DNA from: an uncultured Candidatus Saccharibacteria bacterium
GTDB lineage: Bacteria; Patescibacteriota; Saccharimonadia; Saccharimonadales; CAIOMD01
Reading direction: 5' to 3'
Length of the DNA: 56,732 nt
Assembly: GCA_964566075.1 (NCBI GenBank)
Contig: CAZMHJ010000002.1
Coordinates: 1-56,732, forward strand
Shown here: positions 28,497-38,097 of the stretch, piece after piece
Layout: each line of letters opens with the position of its first letter
How positions within the stretch are numbered: the stretch's first letter is position 1
The notes under the pieces: model-generated
What the model saw: the letters and a program-made list of their open reading frames with translations, nothing else
The model's database searches: none
Told to the model about the DNA's origin: nothing
Position numbers and translations under genes: made by a program

Positions 28497-29738
28497 ATGA
28501 GCACACAAACCCCTAAACGAACTCTCAAGCTTTACATTATTAGTGCTATTTTTGGCATTATTGGTGGACTGCTTACTATCAGCACAATTTTTGTGCTCGA
28601 TTTTATCATCAACACAATCTGGGGCAAACTTGTCGGTATTGATGTAGACAACCCAACTCGCACCTATGCTTCTATTATTGCGATTTTACTTTTTGGGTTA
28701 CTCATTGGGGTATTTAGCAAAAAGTTTGGGGCAGCCAAAGGGAGCATAGAAACAGTCATTGATGACGCACTTGAAAAGGGTGAGGTAGATCCAAAAGTTG
28801 CATTTAAAAATGTCATTATCGCTCTTTTGTCTATTGGTAGTGGGGCAAGTCTCGGCCCAGAAGCACCATCAGCCATGATTGCAAGTGGCGTTACTTCGTT
28901 CGCAGCAAAAGGGTTAGGCACGAGTAAAGAAACTGAGCGAGCGATGAACCTATCATCAGTATCCGGTATGCTTGGTTCGTTACTGTCAAGTCCTTTTGTA
29001 GCCACCGCAATGTTTGTTGAAAGTGCTAAAGATCATGTCAGTAAATTGCGCGATGTTATTAGCTATTCATTTATTGCCGGTTCTTTTGGTATGGCAACCT
29101 TCTTTATGCTATTTGGCAAGTTATATGCATTCAACTTTGGCGTGCCAGCGTATGACGGTCCGACCGAAATCGACTTATTAAAAGCGTTTGTATTCGGTTT
29201 GGGTGGTGCTATCTTTGCAGTTATTATTGGGCTTGTATTACGCGCACTTGAGCCAGCTTTTAAAAAGCTCGATAAAAAACTCATTGTACGTTCACTTGTC
29301 GGTGCCGTAATTGCCGGCGGTATTGCTTTTGCACTACCACTTACCATGTTTAGTGGTCAACATACCATGTCAACCCTTATTAGTAATGCAGCGACAACGA
29401 GTATTATTATGTTGCTCCTGTTAGCTGTCGGTAAGATGTTGGCAACAACGATTTTACTAAGGACCGGGTTCTTTGGTGGGCCTATCTTCCCAGCAGTATT
29501 TGCGGGCGCCGCACTTGGCATTGCCCTTAACGGCTTGCTCGATGCACCCATTACCGTTGCCTTAGCTGGAACGATTGCAGGTATCATTACCGTTTCAATT
29601 CGTCAGCCGCTTGCTGCTGCCTTTTTAGTGGTTGCCATTACCGGCGCATCAACCGTAGCACCGGTTGCACTTGGCGTCAGCGCTGCTATTATTATCGTAA
29701 GTATCATTGAACGAAAGCAGGCAACTGCTAAGGAGTAA
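28497..29738 (+). CDS. ClC-family chloride/anion channel or antiporter
   Basis: GSGASLGPEAP (the GxGxxGxEGP-type selectivity motif) and GFFGGPIFP, with about 10 TM segments. Confidence 0.85.
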   Translation: MSTQTPKRTLKLYIISAIFGIIGGLLTISTIFVLDFIINTIWGKLVGIDVDNPTRTYASIIAILLFGLLIGVFSKKFGAAKGSIETVIDDALEKGEVDPKVAFKNVIIALLSIGSGASLGPEAPSAMIASGVTSFAAKGLGTSKETERAMNLSSVSGMLGSLLSSPFVATAMFVESAKDHVSKLRDVISYSFIAGSFGMATFFMLFGKLYAFNFGVPAYDGPTEIDLLKAFVFGLGGAIFAVIIGLVLRALEPAFKKLDKKLIVRSLVGAVIAGGIAFALPLTMFSGQHTMSTLISNAATTSIIMLLLLAVGKMLATTILLRTGFFGGPIFPAVFAGAALGIALNGLLDAPITVALAGTIAGIITVSIRQPLAAAFLVVAITGASTVAPVALGVSAAIIIVSIIERKQATAKE

Positions 29739-29742
29739 GTTC

Positions 29743-30393
29743 GTGAAACACAAGATAATTGTGTTTGGAGGCCAAGGTAGAACTGGTCAAGAGGTCGTCA
29801 GAAGAGCCCTACGAGAGGGTTATCAAGTAACTGCTTTTACGCATAAGAATAATAGGTCTCTGCCAACGCATCAAAATTTAAAAATCGTAGAAGGTAATGC
29901 TCGTGATGGCATGGCGGTTGAGGCCGCAATCGCAGGTCACGACACCGTTATTAACATCATTGCGCCCCATTTGCACGATAGTAAACATTACGACATTAGT
30001 GTCGTTGCCACCAAAAACATCCTCATTGCCATGAAGCGACAGGGCGTGTCACGTTACTGGGGACAGTGTGGCGCGTGGGCGACTGACCACTTACAAGATG
30101 CTAGCCTGCCAATGCAAATTGCCTTTAAACTATTTTTACCGTTCCGACGTATTTATACATTTAAAAAACAAGAAGACGAAATCGTGCGCAAAAGCGGACT
30201 CGACTGGACGATTGTAAGAGCACCCATGCTGACTAATGGCCCGTTAAAATGGCCGATACGTGTTTTTGTAGATACCTATAGGTGTAAATTCTACGAAATT
30301 CCACGTATTTCACGCAAAAGCGTTGCTAAGTTTTACATCGAAAATCTTGATAACACCGATGTAATTGGCAAATTTGTCGTTATACTTAAGTGA
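29743..30393 (+). CDS. NAD(P)-binding atypical SDR (NmrA/BVR-B-like)
   Basis: IIVFGGQGRTGQ Rossmann motif. I prefer GTG 29743, preceded by AAGGAG, over the TTG 29707 track start. Confidence 0.75.
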   Translation: MKHKIIVFGGQGRTGQEVVRRALREGYQVTAFTHKNNRSLPTHQNLKIVEGNARDGMAVEAAIAGHDTVINIIAPHLHDSKHYDISVVATKNILIAMKRQGVSRYWGQCGAWATDHLQDASLPMQIAFKLFLPFRRIYTFKKQEDEIVRKSGLDWTIVRAPMLTNGPLKWPIRVFVDTYRCKFYEIPRISRKSVAKFYIENLDNTDVIGKFVVILK

Positions 30394-31202
30394 TGTTTGA
30401 TCGTTTTATTCATAAAACCCTCGGCCAACCGTACACTTTAACGGTTACGAAAGACGAAGGGCGCGGTATCCCAATTGTTTTCTTGCACGGCATTGCCAGC
30501 AGTAGTTTAACGTGGCGCAATGTTACGCCGTTAATTGATACTCATTCTCATCGAGTTATCACTCTCGATTTACTAGGCTTCGGTGAATCACCTAAACCAG
30601 AATGGAGCCACTATGCAGTTGACGATCACGTAGCTGCAGTTGTGAAAACGATTAAAAAAATGCGCCTCGGCAAAGTGATACTTGTTGGCCATTCTATGGG
30701 TAGTCTTATAGCTGCCCGGGTTGCAGCACTGCACCCTGAGCTCGTTACGCATCTTATTTTATGTAGTATGCCCCTGTATCAAACCGGTGATATCGACAAT
30801 TCAATAAACGCCTATAAAAAAACGGGGAGACACCTAAGTAATGCCTATTTTAAGGTATATCAAGCACTTGCCGAAAGGCCAGACTTTACGCTTAAAGGTG
30901 CTAAGGAGCTGACGAAAATGAGTGGCAGCGACACGAGTTTTCGGCTCGACGAAACGACTTGGCAACCATTTAAACAAAGCCTCAAAAACACAATCGAACA
31001 ACAGTCTGCTTTTTCTGATATAAAAGGTTTATCCATGGCAACTGATATCGTCTATGGCAGTTATGACGTGTTTGTTCTTGGCAACTATTTTAAAGATTTC
31101 GCGGAATCAAACCACAATATTACGGTTACACAAATAAGTGGTCGCCACGAAATTACGCCCAAATATGCTCAAACCATTGCACGTCTTATCGCAAAAGCTT
31201 GA
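30393..31202 (+). CDS. alpha/beta hydrolase
   Basis: HG oxyanion motif (FLHG) and nucleophile elbow GHSMGS. The ATG overlaps the upstream TGA. Confidence 0.8.
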   Translation: MFDRFIHKTLGQPYTLTVTKDEGRGIPIVFLHGIASSSLTWRNVTPLIDTHSHRVITLDLLGFGESPKPEWSHYAVDDHVAAVVKTIKKMRLGKVILVGHSMGSLIAARVAALHPELVTHLILCSMPLYQTGDIDNSINAYKKTGRHLSNAYFKVYQALAERPDFTLKGAKELTKMSGSDTSFRLDETTWQPFKQSLKNTIEQQSAFSDIKGLSMATDIVYGSYDVFVLGNYFKDFAESNHNITVTQISGRHEITPKYAQTIARLIAKA

Positions 31203-31249
31203 GCATTTTCTAAATAGCACTATACTTATCCATAGTAAGTACCTATCCT

Positions 31250-32749
31250 ATGGCATCACGGAATCAAAAAAACAGTAAAAAATACCCTCAGTTTAGTCTG
31301 CATCCCTATGGAATTGCACTATTACTATTTGCGTTACTTTTTGGTGTTATAGGAGGGTATGTTGTTCTCTTTAGTAAGGCCGCAACGCCCCTGGCGTGGT
31401 CTCCGCCCAGTGGCTATACAAGTTATCCTGTTAAAACAGTTACGCCAAATGCAAATACACAGACCATAAGCGGTGGCGGTGGTGATATGCTCGTAAAGTT
31501 GCCCAGCACGCCGACAGGTCCAATTACTTTTACGAGTTGCCGAAACGTCGTGGTACTAGGTGGTCAAATAAATCTCCCTCCTAATTCCGGTCCTGGCACG
31601 GATATGCGTGGATTTTATATTAATGGCTGTACGGGCACTGTTCATATAGAAGGCGTCTACATCAACGGTGATATTGCCACAGCAGAAGGTGATGGTATCG
31701 CCATAAATGCACCTGAAGCGATTGTGCAAATTGAGAACGTTAGAGTTAATAAACTTTACGGGGGCCAAGATACAGCAGTCCACAATCACTCTGATATTAT
31801 TCAGCCCTGGGGAGGCGTTAAAGAATTACGCGTCGATCATCTCAGTGGCACAACTAATTTCCAAGGATTTCAAATCAACGACGATCAAGGTCATATTGGT
31901 AAGGTAATTATAAAAAATGCAAACATCGGTGACTCTGGTGTAGCACCTCCAACCAGTAATGGCGGGTATTATCTTTGGGTTAAGTGCGGTACTGGTACCA
32001 CTTATTCTTTTGAGAATTTCTTCGTACAACCGCGTAGTGGGCGTACCCTTGGTAATTCACTATGGGATGGTGGTTGCGGATTAAACGCAGGAAGTTCCAG
32101 TGCGACATATACAAATGGAGCGATTAGTGGTGTTGTTACAAAGGGACAACCAGCTACAGGTGATTATGTTCCTGCCGGTAGCGTTGGAATTGGCTATAAG
32201 ACAATTGGATATGCCGTTACGGGTGGTACGACACCAACAACGCCAACGACTCCTACCACTCCTACCACGCCTACGACACCAACAACGCCAACAGTTCCTA
32301 CAACTCCTAGCACACCACCACCCAGTGGAGGACCAGCCGACCCAAATACGAATCCAACCATACCAACAAAACCTACAACGCCTACACAAACTACAAGCGG
32401 AACTATTGTGTTACCGACGCCTACTACTTCAGCTCCTACAACCAAAACAGAAGTGTATGTCGATGGAAAAATGGTAGCGAGCACATCCGACGACACGACA
32501 CCAGCACTTAATACTGCGCAGCTTGGGAATGGCGAGCATATTGTTTCAGTCAAAAAAACTGATGTGAATGGAGCAGTCGCAGAATCTGCTCAGACTATCG
32601 ATGTTAATAATTCACTTTTTACGCAGGTACTTGGACAAATGACCACAAAAACGGGTAAGCTCATAACTATAGGTCTCGTGCTCACTATTGGTATAGTAGT
32701 GATACTTATCTACAAGAAAATGCCGTTACCATTCCTGCCCAAAAGTTAA
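31250..32749 (+). CDS. secreted surface protein: beta-helix-like domain, (TPT)n linker, PEGA/Ig-like module, C-terminal TM
   Basis: N-terminal leader with GGYVV...SKAAT, then TPTTPTTPTTPTTPTTPTVPTTPSTPPP, then VYVDGK...GNGEHIVSVKK, then a terminal hydrophobic helix. Confidence 0.75.
   Translation: MASRNQKNSKKYPQFSLHPYGIALLLFALLFGVIGGYVVLFSKAATPLAWSPPSGYTSYPVKTVTPNANTQTISGGGGDMLVKLPSTPTGPITFTSCRNVVVLGGQINLPPNSGPGTDMRGFYINGCTGTVHIEGVYINGDIATAEGDGIAINAPEAIVQIENVRVNKLYGGQDTAVHNHSDIIQPWGGVKELRVDHLSGTTNFQGFQINDDQGHIGKVIIKNANIGDSGVAPPTSNGGYYLWVKCGTGTTYSFENFFVQPRSGRTLGNSLWDGGCGLNAGSSSATYTNGAISGVVTKGQPATGDYVPAGSVGIGYKTIGYAVTGGTTPTTPTTPTTPTTPTTPTTPTVPTTPSTPPPSGGPADPNTNPTIPTKPTTPTQTTSGTIVLPTPTTSAPTTKTEVYVDGKMVASTSDDTTPALNTAQLGNGEHIVSVKKTDVNGAVAESAQTIDVNNSLFTQVLGQMTTKTGKLITIGLVLTIGIVVILIYKKMPLPFLPKS
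32229..32320 (+). repeat. coding tandem repeat (ACN-CCN)n encoding a Thr-Pro linker
   Basis: Seen directly: acgacaccaacaacgccaacgactcctaccactcctaccacgcctacgacaccaacaacgccaaca... Confidence 0.8.
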
Positions 32750-32824
32750 GCGTAAGTATAATAATATTGTATTTTAAAAAAATTTGTGATATAATCTGCT
32801 CGAAATAAGGAGTGGAGATTTGTA

Positions 32825-33037
32825 ATGCCGCAGTCTTTAGGCGAGCTACATTTTAAAAAGAATACTGCAACCGCAGCAATGCTCGTAATAACTACAAGCA
32901 TTGTATTGTGGATTATTTTTAACGCACTTTTTGATGCCTATCCGGCCCGACCAGCGTCATATCAAACCACGCCAGCTCCTACAACCAATACGGTTGTTCA
33001 ACCACTCGATTACCACTACGACAACGACAATTTCTAG
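32825..33037 (+). CDS. 70-aa single-TM protein
   Basis: AAGGAG RBS, one TM (AAMLVITTSIVLWIIFNALF) and a Pro/Thr-rich tail. Confidence 0.45.
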   Translation: MPQSLGELHFKKNTATAAMLVITTSIVLWIIFNALFDAYPARPASYQTTPAPTTNTVVQPLDYHYDNDNF

Positions 33038-34248
33038 AACAAATTCAAATCTTTCAGTTCATCAGGTAAAAAGCCACTTTTGTGCTTAAAATCTGCTTGC
33101 CATTCATAGCCTTTGCCATACCCTAGATCTTTCATAAGTTTGGTTGGCGCATTTCGTAAGTGCAGGGGTACCTGAGCCGTTGGTGTCACTTTAGCGGTTG
33201 CCAAGGCTTTACTCATAGCATCAGCTACCGCTCGAGATTTTTTTGCACCGGCCAGTACGGTGGCACAGTGAAACAGGTTGTACTGGCACTCAGGCATTCC
33301 AATACGTTCAACGGCCAAAAAAGTACTTACAGCAATATTGAGCGCAGGGCTGGCAGCAATACCAACGTCTTCGCTGGCAAAAATCACCATCCGACGGGCT
33401 ATAAACTTAGGATCTTCGCCAGCATCTAACATACGTGCCAAATAGTACAAGGCAGCATTAACGTCACTACCGCGCATACTTTTAATAAAAGCGCTAATAA
33501 TGTTGTAATGTTGCTCACCAGCCTTATCGTAGCCTGGTAATTTGCGTTGTGCGGCCATTTTAGCCGTCTCTACCGTGATTTTACCGTTAGTTAGCCCAAG
33601 ACACAGCTCTAGGTTACCAAGCGCTACACGGGCATCACCGCCACTGAGCTCGGCGATATAGGTAAGAGTCTTTTTATCGGCACGCTTAATTAGTTTTCGT
33701 TGTTTGAGCGCTCGCTGAAGGATGGTAACAATATCGTCGATACTGAGCGGTTCGAGTACAAGCACGCGACTGCGTGATAACAGGGGAGTGATGACTTCGA
33801 AACTTGGATTTTCTGTGGTTGCGCCGATGAGGGTAATTAAGCCGCTCTCTACATGTGGTAAAAACGCATCTTGTTGGGCTTTATTAAAACGATGGATTTC
33901 ATCGACAAACAAAACCGTGTTCATACCGAGCCGTCGGTTTTCGCCAGCATGTTTAATCACGTTTTTAACGTCGGCAATACCCGCCGCAACAGCGCTAATC
34001 TCAATAAAATCAGCTTCGACTTCTTTGGCAATAATGCGTGCCAGAGTCGTTTTACCACTCCCTGGTGGACCCCATAAAATAAGGCTAACCGGTTGTTTGT
34101 TTTTAACAATTTGGCGTAGAATTTCGCCATCACCAAGCAAATGGGCCTGCCCAATGACCTCATCGAGCGTCTGTGGACGCATTTCCTCAGCCAGTGGTTG
34201 GCTCGTCATATACAGCCTAGTATAGCTAGTTTTACTAGCTAACGACAA
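33034..34248 (-). CDS. rarA: replication-associated recombination protein A (AAA+ ATPase)
   Basis: Walker A GPPGSGKTT, Walker B VLFVDEIHR, then the MgsA C-terminal blocks (HYNIISAFIKSMRGSD, ALYYLARML). An alternative start is ATG 34209. Confidence 0.9.
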   Translation of the reverse strand: MSLASKTSYTRLYMTSQPLAEEMRPQTLDEVIGQAHLLGDGEILRQIVKNKQPVSLILWGPPGSGKTTLARIIAKEVEADFIEISAVAAGIADVKNVIKHAGENRRLGMNTVLFVDEIHRFNKAQQDAFLPHVESGLITLIGATTENPSFEVITPLLSRSRVLVLEPLSIDDIVTILQRALKQRKLIKRADKKTLTYIAELSGGDARVALGNLELCLGLTNGKITVETAKMAAQRKLPGYDKAGEQHYNIISAFIKSMRGSDVNAALYYLARMLDAGEDPKFIARRMVIFASEDVGIAASPALNIAVSTFLAVERIGMPECQYNLFHCATVLAGAKKSRAVADAMSKALATAKVTPTAQVPLHLRNAPTKLMKDLGYGKGYEWQADFKHKSGFLPDELKDLNLF

Positions 34249-34603
34249 CTGGAGCTACGGCTTCTTTTGCAACCGTTAGTGCTACTGCAGTCTGCACAAT
34301 AACCAAAATGAGCAACAGCCAATATACTTTGTTACTAATGCTTGGTTTTTTCCGCAATGCTTCACAAAAAGCTAAAATTATTAAAACAATCCCCAGCTTT
34401 ATAGCAACCGGGATCATATTGTAATCTTTTGGTGCAATACCCACCAATGTCAGACCACTGATAATTTGCCAGCGGGCGCCATTCAAAATAACACCGGTAA
34501 TACGGTGTGTTTTGGCAGTCAACTGTGCTAATAAACCACCTGCAACAGCTGCGAAACCAAGTAAATGTGAATAGAAAAGTACGTGTGTTAAAAATTCTGT
34601 CAT
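34235..34603 (-). CDS. 4-TM membrane protein
   Basis: 122 aa, hydrophobic throughout, co-directional with neighbouring genes and overlapping rarA. Confidence 0.6.
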   Translation of the reverse strand: MTEFLTHVLFYSHLLGFAAVAGGLLAQLTAKTHRITGVILNGARWQIISGLTLVGIAPKDYNMIPVAIKLGIVLIILAFCEALRKKPSISNKVYWLLLILVIVQTAVALTVAKEAVAPVVVS

Positions 34604-34607
34604 CTGT

Positions 34608-35348
34608 CTAGTTCCTAACCTTTGCGAGCAATCGCAATATTTCTAAATATAGCCAGATAAGTGTAACGGTAAGCCCGAAAGCACCGTACCACTCAAAAAC
34701 CTTTGGAGCTTTGCTGGCTGCAGCAGTTTCAACAAAATTAAAATCAAGTAACAAGTTAAGGGCTGCGATAAAGATAACTACAAGGCTAAAGATGATGCCA
34801 AACGTACCAGAATCCCAAATAAGGGGTGCGGTAATACTAAACAAGCTGAGCACAAACGCGAGCACGTAGTACAACATGATACCCAGCGTTGCGATTAAAA
34901 TAACCGCTTTGAGTTTTTCAGTCACCTTAATAATGCGTGTTTGATACAAAAAGAGCGTTGAAAAGAAGATAACACCGGTTAGTGCAATTGCTTGCACGAC
35001 AATGTTGCCGTAAGTATCGTTTGCCCAACGCGATACCGCGCCAAGTAAAAAGCCTTCGGCGAGTGCGTATAAAGGTGCGGTGATTGGTGTCGATTTTGGT
35101 ACAAAACTGGCAATAAGCGCAAAAACTAATGCTGCAATAGACGAACCAATAAGAAGCATTGCTACACTGCCGGTAACATTACCTACTGCGCGCCATCCTA
35201 GTACACCAGTAACAGCAACGAGTAATACTAAAATAATAGTCTTAATAACCGTTCCACCGACTGTGGCGTGATTAACTGATTCAACCGCCATTACTCTATC
35301 AATGGCTTTTTTACTGAGTGCGGGGTTACCGCTGCGTTCTTGTTGCAC
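34608..35348 (-). CDS. Bax-inhibitor-1/YccA-family membrane protein
   Basis: 7-TM layout with a NPALS-type N-terminus and a C-terminal LYLEILRLL block typical of BI-1/YccA. Confidence 0.8.
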   Translation of the reverse strand: MQQERSGNPALSKKAIDRVMAVESVNHATVGGTVIKTIILVLLVAVTGVLGWRAVGNVTGSVAMLLIGSSIAALVFALIASFVPKSTPITAPLYALAEGFLLGAVSRWANDTYGNIVVQAIALTGVIFFSTLFLYQTRIIKVTEKLKAVILIATLGIMLYYVLAFVLSLFSITAPLIWDSGTFGIIFSLVVIFIAALNLLLDFNFVETAAASKAPKVFEWYGAFGLTVTLIWLYLEILRLLAKVRN

Positions 35349-35411
35349 CTTATATATACCTCCTTAGCTTATGCATTATCGTAACCGGTAATGCCAGCAG
35401 AGGCAAGGGCA

Positions 35412-35936
35412 CTAGTTGTAATACGAAAAATGCATGGTTGTATAGATACAACCACTTGCGGGGTCAGAAGCTTCGTAAACCCCAAAATTGGTAAACATAC
35501 CAACCATAATGGCGTAGTGAGTGGGGCTTGCTACCAAGGCATCAAAGGCAGCCTGTTCGGTATCGAAGCACTTTGCAAGGTTTTCGCCAACTCTACTTGC
35601 TTTAGGCGAATCACGCCAGATATAGTCAGAAAAAGCAGTTCCATTTGGTGCATAGTGATCCCAATAATGCTGACTAATCATATCGTTGGTTTTTTGCGAA
35701 GCACTGAGACTTAAGCGACTATCAATAACTAGTGACGCCAGCCCTTTGTCGGTACGTAGCTGATTAATCTTAGCAAGGTAAAAAGACTCGCTATCAGAAC
35801 GAACCACAATACCAGGTGCCGAGGCTTTCGAGGCGCCAGCAAGCAATCGCGATGGGGTAGGTAATAAAATGACCGCCCAAAACAACACTACCGCGAGTAG
35901 TCCTGTAAATAATCTAAAATGAATGTAACGCCTCAT
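35412..35936 (-). CDS. CAP/SCP-domain secreted protein
   Basis: Signal/TM segment, then LNQLRTDKGL..., HYWDHYAPNG and SPTHYAIM blocks of CAP domains. Confidence 0.8.
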   Translation of the reverse strand: MRRYIHFRLFTGLLAVVLFWAVILLPTPSRLLAGASKASAPGIVVRSDSESFYLAKINQLRTDKGLASLVIDSRLSLSASQKTNDMISQHYWDHYAPNGTAFSDYIWRDSPKASRVGENLAKCFDTEQAAFDALVASPTHYAIMVGMFTNFGVYEASDPASGCIYTTMHFSYYN

Positions 35937-36063
35937 AATAACTCCTAAATAGAAAAGACGACTCCCTCGCCAGGCGAAAGAATCGTCTTACAATGCTATT
36001 TTAGTATATTATTTTGTTTTTGTCAATATGTTAACAGTGGTCAGAATGTGACAAAATAGCTTT

Positions 36064-36879
36064 ATGAGCATGCCCTTACACTTTGTACTGGTTAGACACG
36101 GCGAGTCAGAAGCCAACCTGGCACGAGATTACGCTAAAAAAGGCGACGAAACACTATTTACCGAAGAGTACCGTAAACGGGCTGATCGCTTAAGTCGCTT
36201 GACACCAAAGGGTGAAGAGCAAGCATTTGCTGCAGGTAAATGGATTAAAACAAACATCTTGGATAGCTTAATCCCGGCCGGTTTTGACCGTTACTATTGT
36301 TCGCCCTATAACCGAACCATGGAAACAGCCGCCCATCTCGAACTCGAACACGCCGATTGGCGCACCTCATTTTTGCTTCGAGAACGCGATTGGGGTGATA
36401 TAGAAGGGCTAACCCGTAAAGAATTTATTGCCCAGTACCCTGACAGTGCTCGTAAACAAGAATCAGACCCCTTGCTGTGGAAGCCGCCCGGTGGCGAATC
36501 AATTATGGAAATGACCGAAACACGGGTCCGAGAAATGTATGATATGTTTCACCGTGAGCTATCAGATAAATCTGTTATTTGTGTTACGCATGGCGAATTT
36601 ATGTGGGGTAACCGCTATGCACTTGAACATCCAACTATAGAAGAATGGATGCAGTGGGAAAACGACCCAGCCGAAGATTTGCATAATTGCCAGGTGTTCC
36701 ATTACACCCGAGTCAACCCAGATACAGGCGAAATTGCCGATAATATCTCATGGTTCCGCTCGGTCGACCCATATAATCAACCAAACGAGCCAGGCGAATG
36801 GCGAGCCATAAAAAAGCGCCACTATTCCAACGAGCAATTGCTTGACTTGGCCGCACGCACTACCCGTTTGTTCGAGTAA
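36064..36879 (+). CDS. histidine phosphatase (phosphoglycerate-mutase-like) family protein
   Basis: LVRHGESEAN catalytic RHG motif and a later THGEF. Confidence 0.85.
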   Translation: MSMPLHFVLVRHGESEANLARDYAKKGDETLFTEEYRKRADRLSRLTPKGEEQAFAAGKWIKTNILDSLIPAGFDRYYCSPYNRTMETAAHLELEHADWRTSFLLRERDWGDIEGLTRKEFIAQYPDSARKQESDPLLWKPPGGESIMEMTETRVREMYDMFHRELSDKSVICVTHGEFMWGNRYALEHPTIEEWMQWENDPAEDLHNCQVFHYTRVNPDTGEIADNISWFRSVDPYNQPNEPGEWRAIKKRHYSNEQLLDLAARTTRLFE

Positions 36880-36936
36880 TATTGTGAGTCCATCATTGTG
36901 AGCGTACAATCATTGTTATTAACATAAGGATTTTGT

Positions 36937-37272
36937 ATGCGCAAAAACCAATTAGGATTTTCAATGATTGCAGTCATTGCTATCGTTGTCGTCTTAGGCT
37001 TAGCTGGTGGAGTAGGTTACTACGTCTACAGCAAAAATAAGACCACAACAACGCAAGATTCAGTTGCTTCTACTAATACAAATAGCTCTACCTCAAATAA
37101 ATCGACAGTACCTGCGGGCACATCTGCCAGCATTGATTCATTAGCCCAGCAAGATGCACAAGCAGAGTCAGCACTCGATTCTAAATACGAGCAGAGCGAG
37201 CAAAGCACCGCAAACAGTGCTAATAACGCTCAATCAAATGTAGGAGGATCAGTCGATGAATCGTCATTATAA
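36937..37272 (+). CDS. secreted or anchored low-complexity protein
   Basis: Leader MRKNQLGFSMIAVIAIVVVLGLAGGVGYYVY followed by Ser/Thr/Asn/Gln-rich sequence. Confidence 0.5.
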   Translation: MRKNQLGFSMIAVIAIVVVLGLAGGVGYYVYSKNKTTTTQDSVASTNTNSSTSNKSTVPAGTSASIDSLAQQDAQAESALDSKYEQSEQSTANSANNAQSNVGGSVDESSL

Positions 37273-38038
37273 AGCCCGTCTTGCAGGGCTTGTAGCCAGC
37301 GCCAGTGCTGTAGCAATGTTTAGTGTTGCACCAATGGCGAACGCGGTCAGCGTGCCTTCAAAAGCATCAGAACTAGCCGATAAATTTTGTACCAGCGTAA
37401 CCACAAAACTAGGTGATGTAACAAATAAAGTAAAAGACGCTCGCGATAAAGCAACATCCGCTCAAAACGACCGAGCAACTAAAATTACTGATAATCGCGC
37501 TAAATGGGATCAGGAGCTTGCTGCGAACAGAGCCAAATGGGATCAACAGCGCCAAGATAATTTTGCAAAGCTGGAGGCTAAAGCCACCACTGATGCCCAA
37601 AAAACTGCCGTCAAAACATATGAACAGACCATGACCGATGCAATAACAAAGCGTCGTGATGCAAACGATGCCGCTCGGGCTGCGTTCCGTAAAGGTGTTG
37701 ACGACGCTATCACCGCTCAAAAAAATACTGTGAATGCCCAAATTGTGATTATGCAAAACGCTATTTCTACAGCAGTTACAAATGCAGAACTAGCTTGTAC
37801 ATCCGGCAGCGCTAATGCTGCTTCTATCCGCAGCACGCTACAAACTGCTATTAAAAACGCTAAAGACACCTTCAATAACGACCGTAAAAGTGATGGAACC
37901 TTAGGAGATAAAATTAAGGCCCTCGCTCAAACACGAAACGATGCTATCAAAGCAAACGATACCGCCTTTGAGGCTACCGCCAAAGCTGCTCGCGAAGCTC
38001 TAAAAGCAGCGTTTGGCTCGCAGGCTAGTAACGTCTAA
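37256..38038 (+). CDS. secreted alpha-helical Ala/Lys/Asp-rich protein
   Basis: AGGAGGA RBS and a signal peptide ending ANA|VS. It contains the internal repeat RAKWDQ(E/Q). Confidence 0.6.
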   Translation: MNRHYKARLAGLVASASAVAMFSVAPMANAVSVPSKASELADKFCTSVTTKLGDVTNKVKDARDKATSAQNDRATKITDNRAKWDQELAANRAKWDQQRQDNFAKLEAKATTDAQKTAVKTYEQTMTDAITKRRDANDAARAAFRKGVDDAITAQKNTVNAQIVIMQNAISTAVTNAELACTSGSANAASIRSTLQTAIKNAKDTFNNDRKSDGTLGDKIKALAQTRNDAIKANDTAFEATAKAAREALKAAFGSQASNV

Positions 38039-38065
38039 ATTATTAGGGCTATCGAGTTCTAATAG

Positions 38066-38097
38066 AAAATACTCCACAAAATTGTGGAGTATTTTCT
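38066..38097 (+). terminator. rho-independent terminator
   Basis: AAAATACTCCACAA-AATT-TTGTGGAGTATTTT followed by CTT. Confidence 0.7.
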
